Of a stretch of DNA of 64,000 nucleotides, positions 11,705 to 25,361 are shown piece after piece. The stretch covers positions 1,488,001 to 1,552,000 of the forward strand of contig BQFW01000009.1 of NCBI GenBank assembly GCA_020891255.1. The letters run 5' to 3'. Below the pieces are notes generated by a model. That model did no database searches and was not told where the DNA came from. It saw only the letters and a list, made by a program, of their open reading frames with translations. How positions within the stretch are numbered: position 1 is the stretch's first letter; each line of letters begins with the position of its first letter. The DNA is from Entomortierella parvispora E1425. Lineage: Eukaryota > Fungi > Mortierellomycota. The translations under genes and the position numbers were made by a program.

Positions 11705-14343
11705 ATGCAAGTGACCGCTCACCCGCACCCCCAAAGAGTCGCGTCTCTGTCCACGCTCCCACCAGAGTGCCTTGAGCTCATTCTACAGAACTTGCGCCAG
11801 CCAAATTTGCACGACAGAGGATCCTCACTTGCGCGACTGATGCAGGTTAACAGCTACTTTTGTTCTGCTGCCCTTCCTTATCTCTACGGCTCAGTCTTTC
11901 GTGGGATAGGCACCTTTGGCCAACCTCAGACTCTCAACGAGGCAAGGTGTTTCAAGGCACTCCAGACTGTTCTTCGACATCGGCCCGCAGCCGAGATCAG
12001 CGACCTTTTGTCTGCCGCGTACGATATTGATCGTTCATGGACTGGGGACGAACATGGTCAGGGTTCAGGGTCTGCCAGAAAGATTGATTATCTGTCTGCT
12101 ATCCATACATTCAATCCTTCGAGCCTCGATTACGCCCCACTGTATTGCTTCGATGAGGGTGGGTACACCGTTCGCCATGATTGGCGGGACTATCCTCAGC
12201 GTCTCGCAGACATGGTATTTAGATCCAAGGAGAACCAACGACAAGTACGATCGATGGGGGACATCGATCCGTCCGGCTATGTCCCCTTTGTAGCACCCGC
12301 ATGTTTTGGAGAAGGTGCCTTTGACGAGAATCTCCCTCTTCCTCCGCGAGTCTGTGTCGGCCATCTCAGCGATGAACCGTTTCGATATGCGGCGTTGTCG
12401 ATCCTGCTCCGCCGAGAAGTGACTTGGACCGTGTGTTCCCCTATCTTGGAGCAGATCCAAGATTTGGTTATCCCACTCTCGGATGTTCACAGGTACCTGG
12501 ACGTGGTGCATCGGTTCCGGTCCCTCAAGTCGGTTCAGTTCAAGATGGACGAGCTCCTGCAACCACCAATGCCTTATGAACGACAGTCTATACCACTGAC
12601 GCAAAGGGACGTGGACGATATGGAGTCTGGTAAACAAAGGCAGTACCAACAGTTCAGCACCATGGTTCAGTTTGTGCGGAAGCACTGTGAGCTCTTCCCA
12701 AACCTACTCAATGAAGCAGATTGCCCTGACGACTTTCACTGGCCAAGGAAAATGTCTTGTCCCTCGGATATCATAGACGAGATGAAGCTTTGTCTCCCGC
12801 CCTTGCATGCACCCACGTTAATTTGGCACTTGAACTGGAAACAGGTGTTGCTCAAGCTCATTCGAACGGATCTGAGCCATGTTGAGACTATACACCTGCT
12901 CAATAGCGAAACAGACCATGCCTCGGCACTTTTGTGGAAGAGTGACCCTACGTTCCTGGCTCGTTGTCGGTCGTTGCAGACACTGAACATATTCACAATC
13001 GGACCTAGTTCATTTTCGTGGGCTGTGAAAGAGAAAAAGGCGTGGGATCTGCACCAAGCGGACATGGCATCCCAGGTTTCCCGCGACATCTTGACCGCCG
13101 TCCCACCCAAGGAGCCCGCTCCATTGAAACAAATTCGCCTCATAACAAATGAACCTTCCAACGAAGAGCTGGACGACGCGATTTTTGCATTCGGCAACAC
13201 CCTGGAGATCGTGCAGTTCAATGTGGATGTGGATGATCAACTCTTGGGTGAAACGGCCCCCATTTACATGGGACGTGGCTGGAATCTGCCAAATATCACC
13301 CATCTGACTATCAGTATGCCAAGTCTCCGACTGTTAGCCTGCCCAGGCTTCTATCAGTGCCTTGGGAACAAACTGCAGCAACTACTACTAGTAGACAGGT
13401 CTGTCATGCCTTACATGCCTCAGGATACGTATACATGTCGACCCTTCCTGGAGACCATGCCAGATTTGACAAAGATTAGATTACATTGGAAGGATGGCCC
13501 GCTCTGACGTTCCAACCGGAAAACCTGCATCAAACACCGAATCTGACCACCCTGGAATTGAGGATGTTCAAACAATACGGGTTGCACCCGTTCTATCCTT
13601 CGACCGAGGACCTATTCGAGTCTGCGTTCTTTACACAGGATATCCAAGCGACTCTCTCCAGCGTGACTACCACAGCCGAAATAACGCACGACATATACGC
13701 TGGTGCCACTGCGCTTAATCTTCAACCTCTTTGGACTTGGGATTGGCATCTACCACGTCTGACGTCGTTGTGTCTCCACAATGTATTTGCAATTTTGTTT
13801 CGATTCCAAATGTTGACGGGTTGTCCCTCATTGCTCTACTTGACGCTCAGTCTCGCTTTTCAAGGAGCAATCACAGTGGACTGCCAAAGAGTGTTGTCTT
13901 CTCGAGATTTCACCGTCACTGGCACGTCTGTATCCTCTTCTTCTTTTATTGCGGCACCCTCCATCAAGGAGTTGTTTCTCCTAGGTGGCTGGATCATGGA
14001 CGACGACCTTCGAGAGAAGATTTTCAAGGAGACGTTCCCGGGCCTTGTTACCTTGAGAGAGAATTTCACAACAGGTTTCTCGACCTGGGGTTGGGTCAAG
14101 GCGTTACGCTTCAGCGTTCCCAACCTCAAGGAAGCTCATTGGTTTGTCGGTCAAGCAGATTTCGAAGGGTCAGAGGAGGCGCTGAAAGCCCATGGCCTTG
14201 TGAAGAAATCACCCCTGGTTGGCCGCAGATTTGGATTTGGAGCACAGGCACCAGCACAAGAGAAGCCGATCAAGACGGCTTACATACTGGGAGGAATTAC
14301 ATGGTATTTCCCAGACGACGCTGAAGAAGCTGCAGACGAGTAG
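11705..14343 (+). pseudogene. F-box + RNI-like LRR gene interrupted by a frameshift (5-bp tandem duplication)
   Basis: F-box-like start LSTLPPECLELILQNL...LMQVNSYFCSAALPYLY. ORFs 11705-13507 and 13486-14343 join into DLTKITLEGWPALTF when one AGATT copy (13473-13482) is removed. Confidence 0.75.
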
Positions 14344-14356
14344 TATCAGATATTTA

Positions 14357-16342
14357 TTATCTACAGGAATAAAGCGCTACGCTGGTTTGAGGGTTTGAGA
14401 GCATGAGAGAGGGATAGTTTTCTTTGAGCCAATTGGCGGCATCCCCTTCCATACGACCGATTTTCAAAGTAGTCAGCTTTGGCATCCGGTACTCCACAAG
14501 CTCCTGGATCTGATCCAGCTTGACCAAAGCGTCGAGTGCCGTCAGCTCCAAGATCTTTATCGCCAAGCGAGGTAGAGGAGGACGGGGCAGAGGAGTAGCG
14601 ATCGTGCCGGAAGCACCAGGAAGGTGGCTCGACAGCTCCAAGGGTGTGACCTCGACTAGAATGTCTGGCGTCGCATTAGACCCCTTGACAACTGCCACCG
14701 TCAGGTTAGGAAAGCTCCAAAGCCAACGACGGAACTGATCACATTCCTTCTCATCTCCATTGAAATTCATCGACACAGCATGTATCTCCCTGAGCCTTTC
14801 CCGACATGGCCATCTAGCTGCCTCCTGAGTGGTAAAGACCTCACGCCTGGCCAAGGGATCCAACCATGGAAACTTGATCCATTCTAGTGCGATAGCGCGG
14901 CGAAGGAACCTCAGTAGTGTGCCAGAGGTCACGCCAACATCCTTCTCGTGCATCTCTACGGGTTCCAGAGGGCTCAGTCCGAGAGTTTTGAGAGTCGATA
15001 TTGCTGAAGATTGGACGAGAAAATCCAAAAGATCTCCAGGGACCTCTTCTCGATGACTTAGGTCCAAATGAACAAACCGGAAGGAGGGACTCGACACCAA
15101 GTCTCTCCAACTCTGCAGCATGTCTGGGTCGAGAGGACCGTAGGCGGGCATGGGCTGTCGAAAGGAAAATCCAGTCAAGGGCTGAAACTCCATGCCACTC
15201 AGGGATCCGCGGTTCTCGATCACCTCAACAACATCGGGCAGACTATCCTCCCATAATGTCAGATTGACAAGGTGGGGGAGCCGTTCTAGAAACTGTATAA
15301 ATTGTCTCTTGTCCCGGTCATCGCGCCACATGTTAAATAGAGACAGGGTACTCAGGCGTAGAGACTGTTGTCGCCTGGCAGCCATCTCTTTGGATCTCCC
15401 GTCCAAAATATCGGCATTGATGCGGCCATGAGGAGGATCGGATTTGACCTCTATCGATAGGGCGGAAAACTCTTCTAGGCGTGGACATGATTCCAAAAAC
15501 TGTTGTAGGACTTCCCACTCGACAGACGACGTGGGTGCGGAAAGAATTCTTGAGAACTCAATGGTCACTAGTCCCTGAAGGTGACCCTCCAACGCCGCCC
15601 TTGTCATCCACGGCATCAGAGCCTGCAGCTGTCGGTGCCCGAAGGATAGGGTCAAACACCGGAGTGAGTTGGAGAGAAACCCGTTAGGTACCGCAAGCTG
15701 CGAAGGGACCAGAGGCTGATATCTCAAAGCAAGGTCACCAGAGCCGTCCACATACATTTCTTCCGACGGTTGCTTCTTCTCCTCTTCTTGTTCTTTATCC
15801 CTCACGCATTCGTCCTTCAGATCACCTTGGGTCGACTTAATTGCTCTGAAAAAGGTTCTCCCAGGAACAAACACGTCCTCCGCTTCTAAAAGGCGCACCT
15901 CCCTCTCCAAGGTCGCTGAGGGCAATCCAAACATCAGCTCTAGAATTTTGATCCAACGGGTTCTTCGTTCGTGGAGTGATTTCTTTGGGGGTGCACCTTT
16001 GTACGTCGGGATGAATTGAAGGGCCAACGTGTCGAGGCGGGGACAAAAGTCGCGGACGCTCCTTGTTCCTATGTCACCATGGAACCCACAGTCGAGACTG
16101 ATATTACGCACTAAGGGGCCATGTATCTGTAGGACCTCGGGTGCTGGAAAGACTTTTGTTGTGCGGACATTGTGCTCGATGGTTCGCCAGAGACAAGGGT
16201 TCCAAATCTGATAAAAGTCGCGAGAGACGAGGGTGCACGCAAAGAGATCCTTGGGCTCAAGATAGTTTTGGATCAAGAGACAGAGTTCCAGGGTGCTGAT
16301 GACGCGGTTAAATGAGGAAATGTGTTTTTGAGAATCGTCCAT
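14357..16342 (-). CDS. F-box + RNI-like LRR protein, intronless
   Basis: MDDSQKHISSFNRVISTLELCLLIQNYLEPKDLFACTLVSRDFYQIWNPCLWRTI (F-box-like), followed by LxxLxL repeats. ATG at 16342; the upstream ORF extension is leader. Confidence 0.8.
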   Translation of the reverse strand: MDDSQKHISSFNRVISTLELCLLIQNYLEPKDLFACTLVSRDFYQIWNPCLWRTIEHNVRTTKVFPAPEVLQIHGPLVRNISLDCGFHGDIGTRSVRDFCPRLDTLALQFIPTYKGAPPKKSLHERRTRWIKILELMFGLPSATLEREVRLLEAEDVFVPGRTFFRAIKSTQGDLKDECVRDKEQEEEKKQPSEEMYVDGSGDLALRYQPLVPSQLAVPNGFLSNSLRCLTLSFGHRQLQALMPWMTRAALEGHLQGLVTIEFSRILSAPTSSVEWEVLQQFLESCPRLEEFSALSIEVKSDPPHGRINADILDGRSKEMAARRQQSLRLSTLSLFNMWRDDRDKRQFIQFLERLPHLVNLTLWEDSLPDVVEVIENRGSLSGMEFQPLTGFSFRQPMPAYGPLDPDMLQSWRDLVSSPSFRFVHLDLSHREEVPGDLLDFLVQSSAISTLKTLGLSPLEPVEMHEKDVGVTSGTLLRFLRRAIALEWIKFPWLDPLARREVFTTQEAARWPCRERLREIHAVSMNFNGDEKECDQFRRWLWSFPNLTVAVVKGSNATPDILVEVTPLELSSHLPGASGTIATPLPRPPLPRLAIKILELTALDALVKLDQIQELVEYRMPKLTTLKIGRMEGDAANWLKENYPSLMLSNPQTSVALYSCR

Positions 16343-16609
16343 GAATTGAACTTGCGGAATGGAGAGATGGAGAGATGGGTAGAATAGAGATGAGGCGGCA
16401 GTGAAAAACCAAAACAGAAGAGAAAGTGGCACAGTGCAGCATGCGATGGCGCAGCACAGTCCCTCTGTTTTCTTCTGTAAACGGACCAAATGAGTCCTTT
16501 GCCATACAATGCACATCTTTGACTAACTTGAACTGAGAAAAAACAATGCGACTTGGTATGTTTATGGGGGTAAGAGCCTTTGGGGCATGCAAAGAAATAT
16601 TAATATGGA

Positions 16610-19600
16610 CTAATGGCTGATTTCCAGGTTTTGCTTGGCGCAGAGGTCCGCGTAAACGCCTCCAAGGGCCATCAGGCTGTAGTGTTGCCCTTGCTCGACA
16701 ATTTGGCCATCCTTGACGACCAAGATCAAATCTGCATCCTGAATTGTACTCAACCGATGAGCAATCACGATTGTGGTTCTGCCTGCGCGAGCCTTGTCCA
16801 GGGCCTCCTGGACCAGCTTCTCAGACTCGGAATCCAAAGCTGAGGTGGCCTCATCCAGCAATAGGATCTTTGGGTTACGAATCAAGGCACGAGCAATAGC
16901 AATACGCTGCTTCTGACCACCAGACAACTGAGAGCCCTTGTCACCGACACGGGTGTCATAGCCCTGAGGCAAGGACATGACGAAATCGTGAATGTTGGAA
17001 GCTCTGGCAGCAGCAACGACTTGCTCCTGATCCACAGTTTGACCATCTGGAATACCATAACGGATGTTGTCTCCAATTGAAACGTCAAACAAGACTGGCT
17101 CCTGACCGACCAAGGCCATATGGCTTCTGAGGTTGTTGAGCTGCATGTCCTTAATATCTTGGTGTTCGACGATCACCCGACCCTTGGCCGCATCATACCA
17201 ACGCTCCAAAAGCGCAATGATGGTCGATTTACCGCATCCTGAGGGTCCAACAAGGGCTACGGTTTGCGAAGGTTGGACCTCCAGATCGACACCGTTGAAG
17301 AGTTTGGTATCCGGGCGCGTTGGATAAGCAAACTCGACCTTCTCAAGGGCGGCCGAGCCCTCCGGACTTTGAACCTCGATACCGGCCTTGTCGGCGTCGA
17401 TAGTAGTCTTTTTATCCAAGAGCTCAAACACGTTCAGGGCGGATTGCTTTCCTTTGACATATTTAGGACTGAGAAAGGAATGAAAGAGTTAGTATTCCAC
17501 AATCAACAAGACAGAAATAAAGGAGCGGATCTAGTGATCACTTACAGCTGAGTAGCCATCTGGCCGAGACCCATGGCCATGAAAACAATGTTGAACATTG
17601 CGTTAAACATTTCTGGCCACTGCATCAATCCGGCTCTCTCCAGGCGATAGCCAGAGTAGAATCCGACAGCATAGGCCCAGTACATCACACCTTGAGACAA
17701 ACCGAATCCGATAGATGCATAGTAAGCCTTATGAAGCGAGTACTTGTGGGGTTCTCTTGTCACCTCTAGAACATCAAGTCGTTGAGACACCAGTTAGAGC
17801 GTGTGAGCAATATGGATTACGAGCTAAAGGAAAATCAGAAAAAAAAGCGGTTCTTACCTTCGTATTTAGACTCAAACGTCGACTCCTTGGCGAGAGCAGC
17901 GACAGTACGAATGTTGGCAATAGCCTCCGAAGCAACGCGTCCAGAAGCCTCATAGGCCTTCTGAGTCTTGAGTCCGAATCCTGTCAACGCCGCCACCTCA
18001 TAGTACTGAGCCAATCCGATCAGGGGAATCAAGGCCAGGATAATCAAAGTCAAGATCCAGTTTGCCGAGAAAGCAAAGATCATACCAATGACGACAATTG
18101 CAAGAACCGAGCACATGGTCTTCAAGAGCTGAGAAACCAATTCATGCATCTGGTAGGCATCCGTGGCCAATCGAGATGAGAGAGCACCAGTGCTGTGCTC
18201 TTCTTGATCAAAGAATCCCATTTCTTGGCCAATGATGGCCTTAAAGCTGAGCGTGCGCATGCGTCTGGCCATCTTCTCGCCAATGAGCTCGAAAATGTAA
18301 ACAGAGAATCCAGCTCCGAACAGGGCCGCAACACCAAGGACCACAAACATCAGTGAGTAAAAGTTGGTGTCCCTTTCAAAGGTGGGACTTGTGGTGTCGG
18401 TAAGGAGGTTCAGCATCTTGGAGAAGAGCTTGGCAAAGACAGGGTAGGTCTATTGAAAGTGCAACAAATAAAATTGCAGAAGGATCTGATATTAGAAAAC
18501 AGTCGGGAAAGTACAAGTTCAAGTTCTATGTCCTTGTTCAACTTACAGCTCCAGAAACGGCACTCATGATACCACCAAAGACAGCCATGGGCAGCTCTGG
18601 CTTCATTATACCAACAACGCGCCAGATGGGCGCCTTTTGCTCTTTGGCCAACTTTTTTTCTCGAAGGGCACGTTGCTCCGTCGTTTCTGAATCCTCGGCA
18701 ATGGGGATGGATGAGTCGACACGTTTTGACTTCAAGCTCCCCTTCATGGACATCATTCTTCCCAATTTCGAGTTTCCACGTTGCAATGTAGGATCGGCAG
18801 GGGACATGACGACCTCGTCGATATCGACCTTTTCAGCCGCAACAGTTGGCTCAGCGTCAGTGCCGCCAGTCTTAAGTTGTTGCTTGGCGACCAGCTCGGC
18901 ATACGCGCCTCTTTTGTCCAGCAGTGACTTGTGAGTTCCAGATTCGACCACGATTCCCTTTTCCATGACATAAATTACGTCTGCGTTCATGATGGTTGAC
19001 AAACGATGGGCGACCACAATAGTCGAGCGGCCTGCAGAGGCATTGTCCAAGGCAGCCTGGACAGTCCTCTCTGATTCTGTATCCAAAGCCGAAGTTGCCT
19101 CGTCCAAGAGCAAGATTTGGGGGTTCTTGATCAAGGCACGAGCAATGGCAATACGTTGCTTCTGACCTCCAGAGAGTAGAGCGCCCTTCTCGCCAACCAT
19201 GGTATCGTACTTATCGGGGAGCTTTGAAATAAAGTCGTGGGCGTTTGACATTCTGCAAGCGTCCTCGATTTCCTGATCCGTTGGTATGGATTGACCACGA
19301 CGGATACCATAGATGATGTTTTGTTTGATGCTGGCGTTGAAGAGGACGGGTTCCTGCGATACGATACCGATGGAATCGCGCAAGAAGGTGACATTGTAAT
19401 CCTTGATCTCGATGCCATCCAATGTAACCGATCCAGCTAATAGATAATGAGATCCCAAGAAAGGGTCAGATCAAAGTGCAGGCTAGCAGACAAAGGTCAA
19501 TCAGGGGGACTCCAGTGGGGCAAACGATGCTTACAAATGGGATCATAAAAGCGCTCGACAAGACCAACGATGGTTGACTTTCCACTTCCAGACTGACCAA

Positions 19601-21843
19601 CAAGAGCAATAGTTTGTCCCGGCAAGACCTCGACGTTCATCTTCTTCAAGATGGGAACATCAGGACGACTAGGATAGTGAAAGTCGACATCGCGGACAAT
19701 GATATGGCCCTGCAAGTTCTCGGGCTTTGCACCTGCAGGGTTAGCAGAGTCGATGACGGGAACACGGTCGATGGTCTTGAAGATGTTGTAAGCGGCTCCT
19801 TGAGCGTTGGCAAAGGCAGAGAGGTTGGGACCAATGTTTCTACGACGGGGAAGAGGGGGATAGAGCAGAAGATGAGGGAAGGAGAGGGAAAGAGATGGAA
19901 AGAGAGCCAAATACGGTCAGGGTCGATCGCCGAAAGAAGGTTGGCGTGAGATCAGCTCGACTGATCGAGCTTTTTTTTTTCTTTTTTTTTTTTTTTTTTT
20001 TTTCCCTTACCCGAGGGCGAAAGCACCAATGACCATGCCCAAGAAGACGTTCAGGACCTCGTCTGAAGTCATCTCTCCTGCGGCCACACGGTTCGATCCA
20101 TACCAGAAGGCGAGAGCTAAGTGTTTCATCATGACCAAATCGGTTTAGCAACAGGCACCGGCAGTCATTCCCTAACCCGGAGCCATCATTGTGCTTCAAA
20201 ACGTACCATATGTTGAGAACAGGACAAAGAGGAAGATGCCGTTTCTAATATGAACCGAGGATTGTTAGTCAAGGTTTTGAGCGGTAACGTCGTTCCTCAT
20301 CAGGGTCATCCAGATCCAGAAAGGTCTAGCTTACCCGACACCAGTGACAATGGCCTTCTTGGATCCTGTTTTGTAAGCATCGTCCAAGTGTTTGACATAG
20401 GCATTCGTCTCGCGCTTCTGTCCACCAAAGGCGACTACAGTTCTGATAGCAGAAAAGGCCTGTTCAGCAACTGCTCCTGCTTTTGAGTAGGATCCCTGAC
20501 CACTGGATGCGCTCTCGACCGTATACTTGGCCATGAATGCGGCCGTGGCTATTTCGTAGAAGTGGTAATGTAAGACTACAGGAAGAAGAAAAAAAGAAAA
20601 GAAAACAAAACGAGCGCCGCCGGTGATCATTCTCGTGTCGTACCTCCAATCAGGGGAACGGCGCAGAGAAGGACCAAACTGAGCTTCCATCCTTTGGTGA
20701 ATCCAATCACAAAGCCGGCCACGAATGTTGTAAAGTTGGAGAGGACCAAGCCGACCTTGTCCGCCAGACCGTCATAGATCAATTGAGTATCCGAGCTCAG
20801 TCGGGTTGTCAATGACTCGGACTGTTTGCCAGTATCGTGCCAGGACATGTCCTGTCTCAAGATGGCGTGGAAGTACTTTTCACGGATACGCTTGGACTGA
20901 TGTTCGGCTGACAGGGTCCAAAAGCACTGCTGACCGTAACCCGCCACAAACATGGCGGCGCCGACAATGGTGAAGATGATGACATCGTGGATGATCCCTT
21001 GTCCCTTGTCCTCAGTTCCTGTGCCCAAATCCTTAACAATGCTTCCGAAGAGTAGGGCCACGAAAGGCTGGCCCACACCAACGCCTGTTCGATAGAAAGA
21101 AAAGGAGGTGCTCGCGTGTTAATAGGATCATCTACTGAACAAGGAGGGCCTGCAAGTCCACAGCTGGAGACGATTCATTACCAAGAGAACAGATAGCGCC
21201 GATCCTATTCCAATTGCATGGTCACACAAAGCAAACAAACAAACAAACATTAACACAATTAAACATTGAGGGAGCTCCAACAAAAAAAAAAGGTCAGTGC
21301 ACATCCTTACACAACATAAAGCCAGTCTCTCTTGGATGCGAATCGGTATAGCTGCCAATAGCTCACGGCCTCGACCTTCTTCTTGGGTCCCTGTTTCTTT
21401 CCACGTCCAAAGCACGCAAAGAGGCCTCCGCCCCCTGCTGTCTCTCCTTCTGCAGTCTCTCCTTGTTGCTGTTGGAGTGAGTCCAACTCAATCCCTCGTG
21501 CAGACTTTTCGTTTGAGAGTCCAGTGAGGGACTTCAAATCAGCCTCTTGCCATTTTTGTGGTGATGGTTGCTCAACAGCTTCCTCAGGCAGCACAAGGGG
21601 CACAGGAGCAGCCATGGCGGGGATAGGTGCGGTCTTACTGCGAATGGAGGATTTGCGGACAATGCCAGTGTCCAGGGGCGATTGAGGAACATTTCCTGAC
21701 CCTCCGGAGTGGACACTGTTACGTCTTACGGGAGTGTGGGGGTCATTGGCATAGTAGTCGTTTTTGATGGAATGCTGTGGAACGGTTGCACTGGTGTCGA
21801 TGGTGATGTGTTTGTCATTAGGGGTGTCGCTATTACTAGCCAT
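16610..21843 (-). CDS. Full-length ABCB (MDR1/P-glycoprotein-like) transporter, multi-exon
   Basis: TMD1-NBD1-TMD2-NBD2 reconstructed across GT-AG introns. Walker [10 protein letters not shown] and GPSGCGKST, signature LSGGQKQR twice, [10 protein letters not shown] twice, plus TMD motifs [10 protein letters not shown] and IRTVAAL. Confidence 0.95.
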
Positions 21844-23245
21844 GATGAGATCTGAGACGGTGCTTGTGACGACTCAGGACAATGATGACAAAGATGGAGA
21901 AAAGAGGGGAGTGAGAGAAAGAGATGAGACAAAGGGCAGATCCCCTCCTTATTTATCCTGCGTCGCCCTGCTCCCGCAGTTTTTCCTCGCGGGATTGGCA
22001 GCGGACTAGCATCAGCCAAAGGAACGCACAGGGGTCCTTTGCTCTCGTTTTCTGATTCCGCACCGCCCGCAGTCGAGATTGCCTGTCCGACGCGCTAATC
22101 TCCAGTCACTCCAAAAGGTGGCTTTTTTCATTTTCTGTGATGTCTCAAAGCATTTTTTTTTCTCGATTGAAACATCCCCCTCCACAGTGGCGGCAGCAGC
22201 TGGGATCGATACCCGATCTGGTTCTGAATCAACTTGGCTACCTTGAGGATGAGGGCGAGTTCTCTGCCGTCTTTGGAGCTCAATTGCTCATCAAACAACG
22301 GCCTAGCCTATCCCGACAAACTGGAGACCCCACCAGGCCTACCTCAAGATTTTCTATTTTTTTTTTAGAGAGATGAAAAGAAACGCAGGAAGCATCTTTT
22401 TTAGATCTGCGCAGACAGGGATTTAGGGGGTAAGTGAGCAAAGCAAAGCGATAACGCAACTCTTACCTTATTTAACCTTTTGGGTGCGTTGACGGCCGCC
22501 AAACTGGGCAATCGGTGACGCGGATGAGACCAACAAACAAAAGAGATGGAGGAAGAAGAGGAGTGCAGGCACGCGTACACGCAGGGTTGGCCACGCATCC
22601 AGTGCGCGTGTTGGGGTACACGCAGGGCACGAGCAAGGATGCAGGACACAGCGGAGGACACAACCTGTGTTGATGCGCAAGTTGATCAAACAACGGCGCT
22701 TTGACCGTGTGCATCACGTGGCTCATTGAGGGTGATGCCTGTCCATTCCTCCATTCCTCCTCCTCCATCCTCATCAACTTCATGCAGGACCATCATTTAC
22801 AGGCAATGTCACCGTCTAGTCGCGTCTTGAGGCTTCCTGAGCCTTGAAACCTTCTGGCAAAGTATCTTGATTCGGCGGGTCTTCTCTCCTGCGCGCTTCT
22901 TTCGCGTTCACTACATGCTGTCTGGAACATTCAGCTATGGCGCACCGTCCGACCACCTTCTGGAACACGCTGGGATTATCTTTATCCTACAAGCTTTGAA
23001 AAACCTGGCCCTCTTGTTCGGACGTTTCATTTGCGGTACTACCATCACCCAAAGGCCTTGGAGAGCGCTAGTATAGATGCGGGCGTTAGATTCGAGGATG
23101 AAGCGTTAGAATGGCTGGATGTTGAGCGGCCTCAGCTGGCCGAGTCGTACCATCTAGTTTGCCCTACGGACTTTTTTATATTAATCAAATAGTTTGACCC
23201 TCTCAATTTCAATGGTATTTATTGCCTGACTGGTAGTTATCCCTC

Positions 23246-25361
23246 TCACAATGGGACAGTCGACTTTTCAGTCTTCTCCGAGTCCTTCTCTCCCTCCCTT
23301 CTCTTCCTGTCCTCCTCTTCCCTTCTTTTTCTCTCTTCTTCCTCGTATCTCTTGGAGGGCTTTTGGGGCTGGACCGGGCAGGTGCCTCGCTTTGGAGCCA
23401 GGGGAAGGAAGGCGATCTGGGGACGGTAAGACGCGTCCTTGAGAAGAGATTTCTTCTTGAGGGAGTCTGGAAGCCAATGGAATACGACATAACGGATCAT
23501 TCTCTCCACAAGCGTCTACAATGAAGAGGCAACAATATTGATCCAGGTTAACGGTCCTGTCTATTCGTCGTTGAAGCAGCTGAGGTCTTTCTCATGATCT
23601 TTTTTTTTTTTTTTTTTTTTTTACCTGTCCGTAGAGCAAAACGCCAGAAGTGTTGCTGTTGTGCACTTGAATTTCGACTTGATGGAAGCGTTGTACCTTG
23701 TAGTCTGCTAAGGCCGCCTCGATGGTCTCGTGTTTCAGATCCTTCAAATCATACAAACAGTTGGCCAAGATAACAGCGTCTGTGGATGCGGATGTGTGAG
23801 TAAATGTGACATTTGGCATTGGAGCTTGTTTGCTCGAGTATTTTTACCTTGCATGGCACACACAGCACCCTGTCCGGCACTTGGAAGCATCTAGAGCAAT
23901 GATTTCGTCGAATATGTAGAATAAGTACGCAGCTTGGATTGTTGTGGACGAGACACAAAAAAAAAAAAAAAAAAAAAGGTAAAGGGGGACATACCTTGTG
24001 GACGGCATCTCCAATCATGGCAGTTCGGCCGTAGTTCCAGGTATTAAACAACTTGTCCTCAAGATAGACTCTAGAGATCTGGTTGCGAGGCGTCTGGTCA
24101 ATAAAATCGCCCAAGGTGCCTCCCGCTGGAAGCTTGAAGTGGCGAATGTTTTCAATCATGTCGCCACATTTTTCAGGACCCCACTCCGAGTTGGCAAACT
24201 TCTCGTGCTCGCATTCGGCCAAGGTCTCGTACTGACGGATGACAAGGTAACAAATGCGGTTGTCAGGCACGTTGAGGAAGGACCAGGTGTACTGAGTTCC
24301 TTCCTCGATGACCATGAAGGACTCGGTGCGATCTTTGAGAAGGTAAGGGTACTTTTCAGGGTCCAGAGGGTCCGTAGTGCCAACGAGGCACGTGAAGCCC
24401 TTGTGCAGGTCCTTGGTGTCGCTGGGTGGCAGGATGTTCTTGTCCTGCAAACTTTTGTAAAGTGATTGTCTGTAGAAAAGCAGAACAGAGATCAATTATT
24501 TTTGGCAGTTAATTTCTGTTGTTGGAGATCAGCTGAACCAATGCATATACTCAATGCAGGCTCGTGCGTTGCACTGCAGCCCTGTATTTACCTGACAGCA
24601 GAGTAGGCACCATCGGCTCCCACCAAAACATCGCCGTGATAGGTGGTGCCATCAGCACAGCGGATCATGGCACCTTCCTTGTTCTGGATCATGGAGAGTA
24701 CTTTCTTGCCATAGTGGATTTTCTCGGCAGGGACCTTGGACAACAAGAACTCGTACAGGCGAGGACGAGGGAGCATCTGATAGTCATATCCAATCCTAAC
24801 AGCGACAGTCTGGTCAGTAAGAGGCTCTAGATGAGACTGTGGGGGTCGAGGGAGTTTGAACTGTGCCTGCTACTATAAATCTTGGAACTTACTCCTCGGA
24901 GCTATGACCCATCCTAAGAGTCGCAATCTCCTTCATAGTACCATATCGCATGCTCATCTGCTTGATAGGGTAGGACATGGCGGCGAACTCTTCGTAGAGG
25001 CCCAGTTGCTCCAAGCAAGGCAAGATGTTTGCATTAATACCCATGATGGACCCTAAGGAAAGATTGTGCGTGTTTGTTTAGTCACAAACGGTGCAACAAG
25101 AGTCCACACGCGCTCCATCCAAAAGTACATTTTTTACTGCTCTGACATACCAAGAGACTTTACTTCGGTGGCACGCTCAAAAATCTGGTAAGGGATCCCG
25201 GCGCGGTCAAGGACAATGCCCAAAAAGAGACCGCCGATACCCGCACCTACGATGAGGACGTGAGGCGTCTTGCCATCGCTGGTGGGTGGGAACTGAGAGG
25301 GGTACTTTGAAGGAGTTTCGTCAAACTCATCAGCGGGCTTGCGAACACGATGAGGGTTCAT
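23246..25361 (-). CDS. FAD-dependent monooxygenase (group A aromatic hydroxylase, salicylate hydroxylase/zeaxanthin epoxidase-like), multi-exon
   Basis: VLIVGAGIGGL (FAD-binding), DVLVGADGAYSAVR (DG motif), MIGDAVHK|MLPSAGQGAVCAMQ|DAVILAN (GD motif); stop at 23246. Confidence 0.9.

Noticed and set aside
22575-22627. Direct repeat GTACACGCAGGG x2 upstream of the ABCB gene
   Set aside because: Only two copies, with no known motif or second occurrence to support function.
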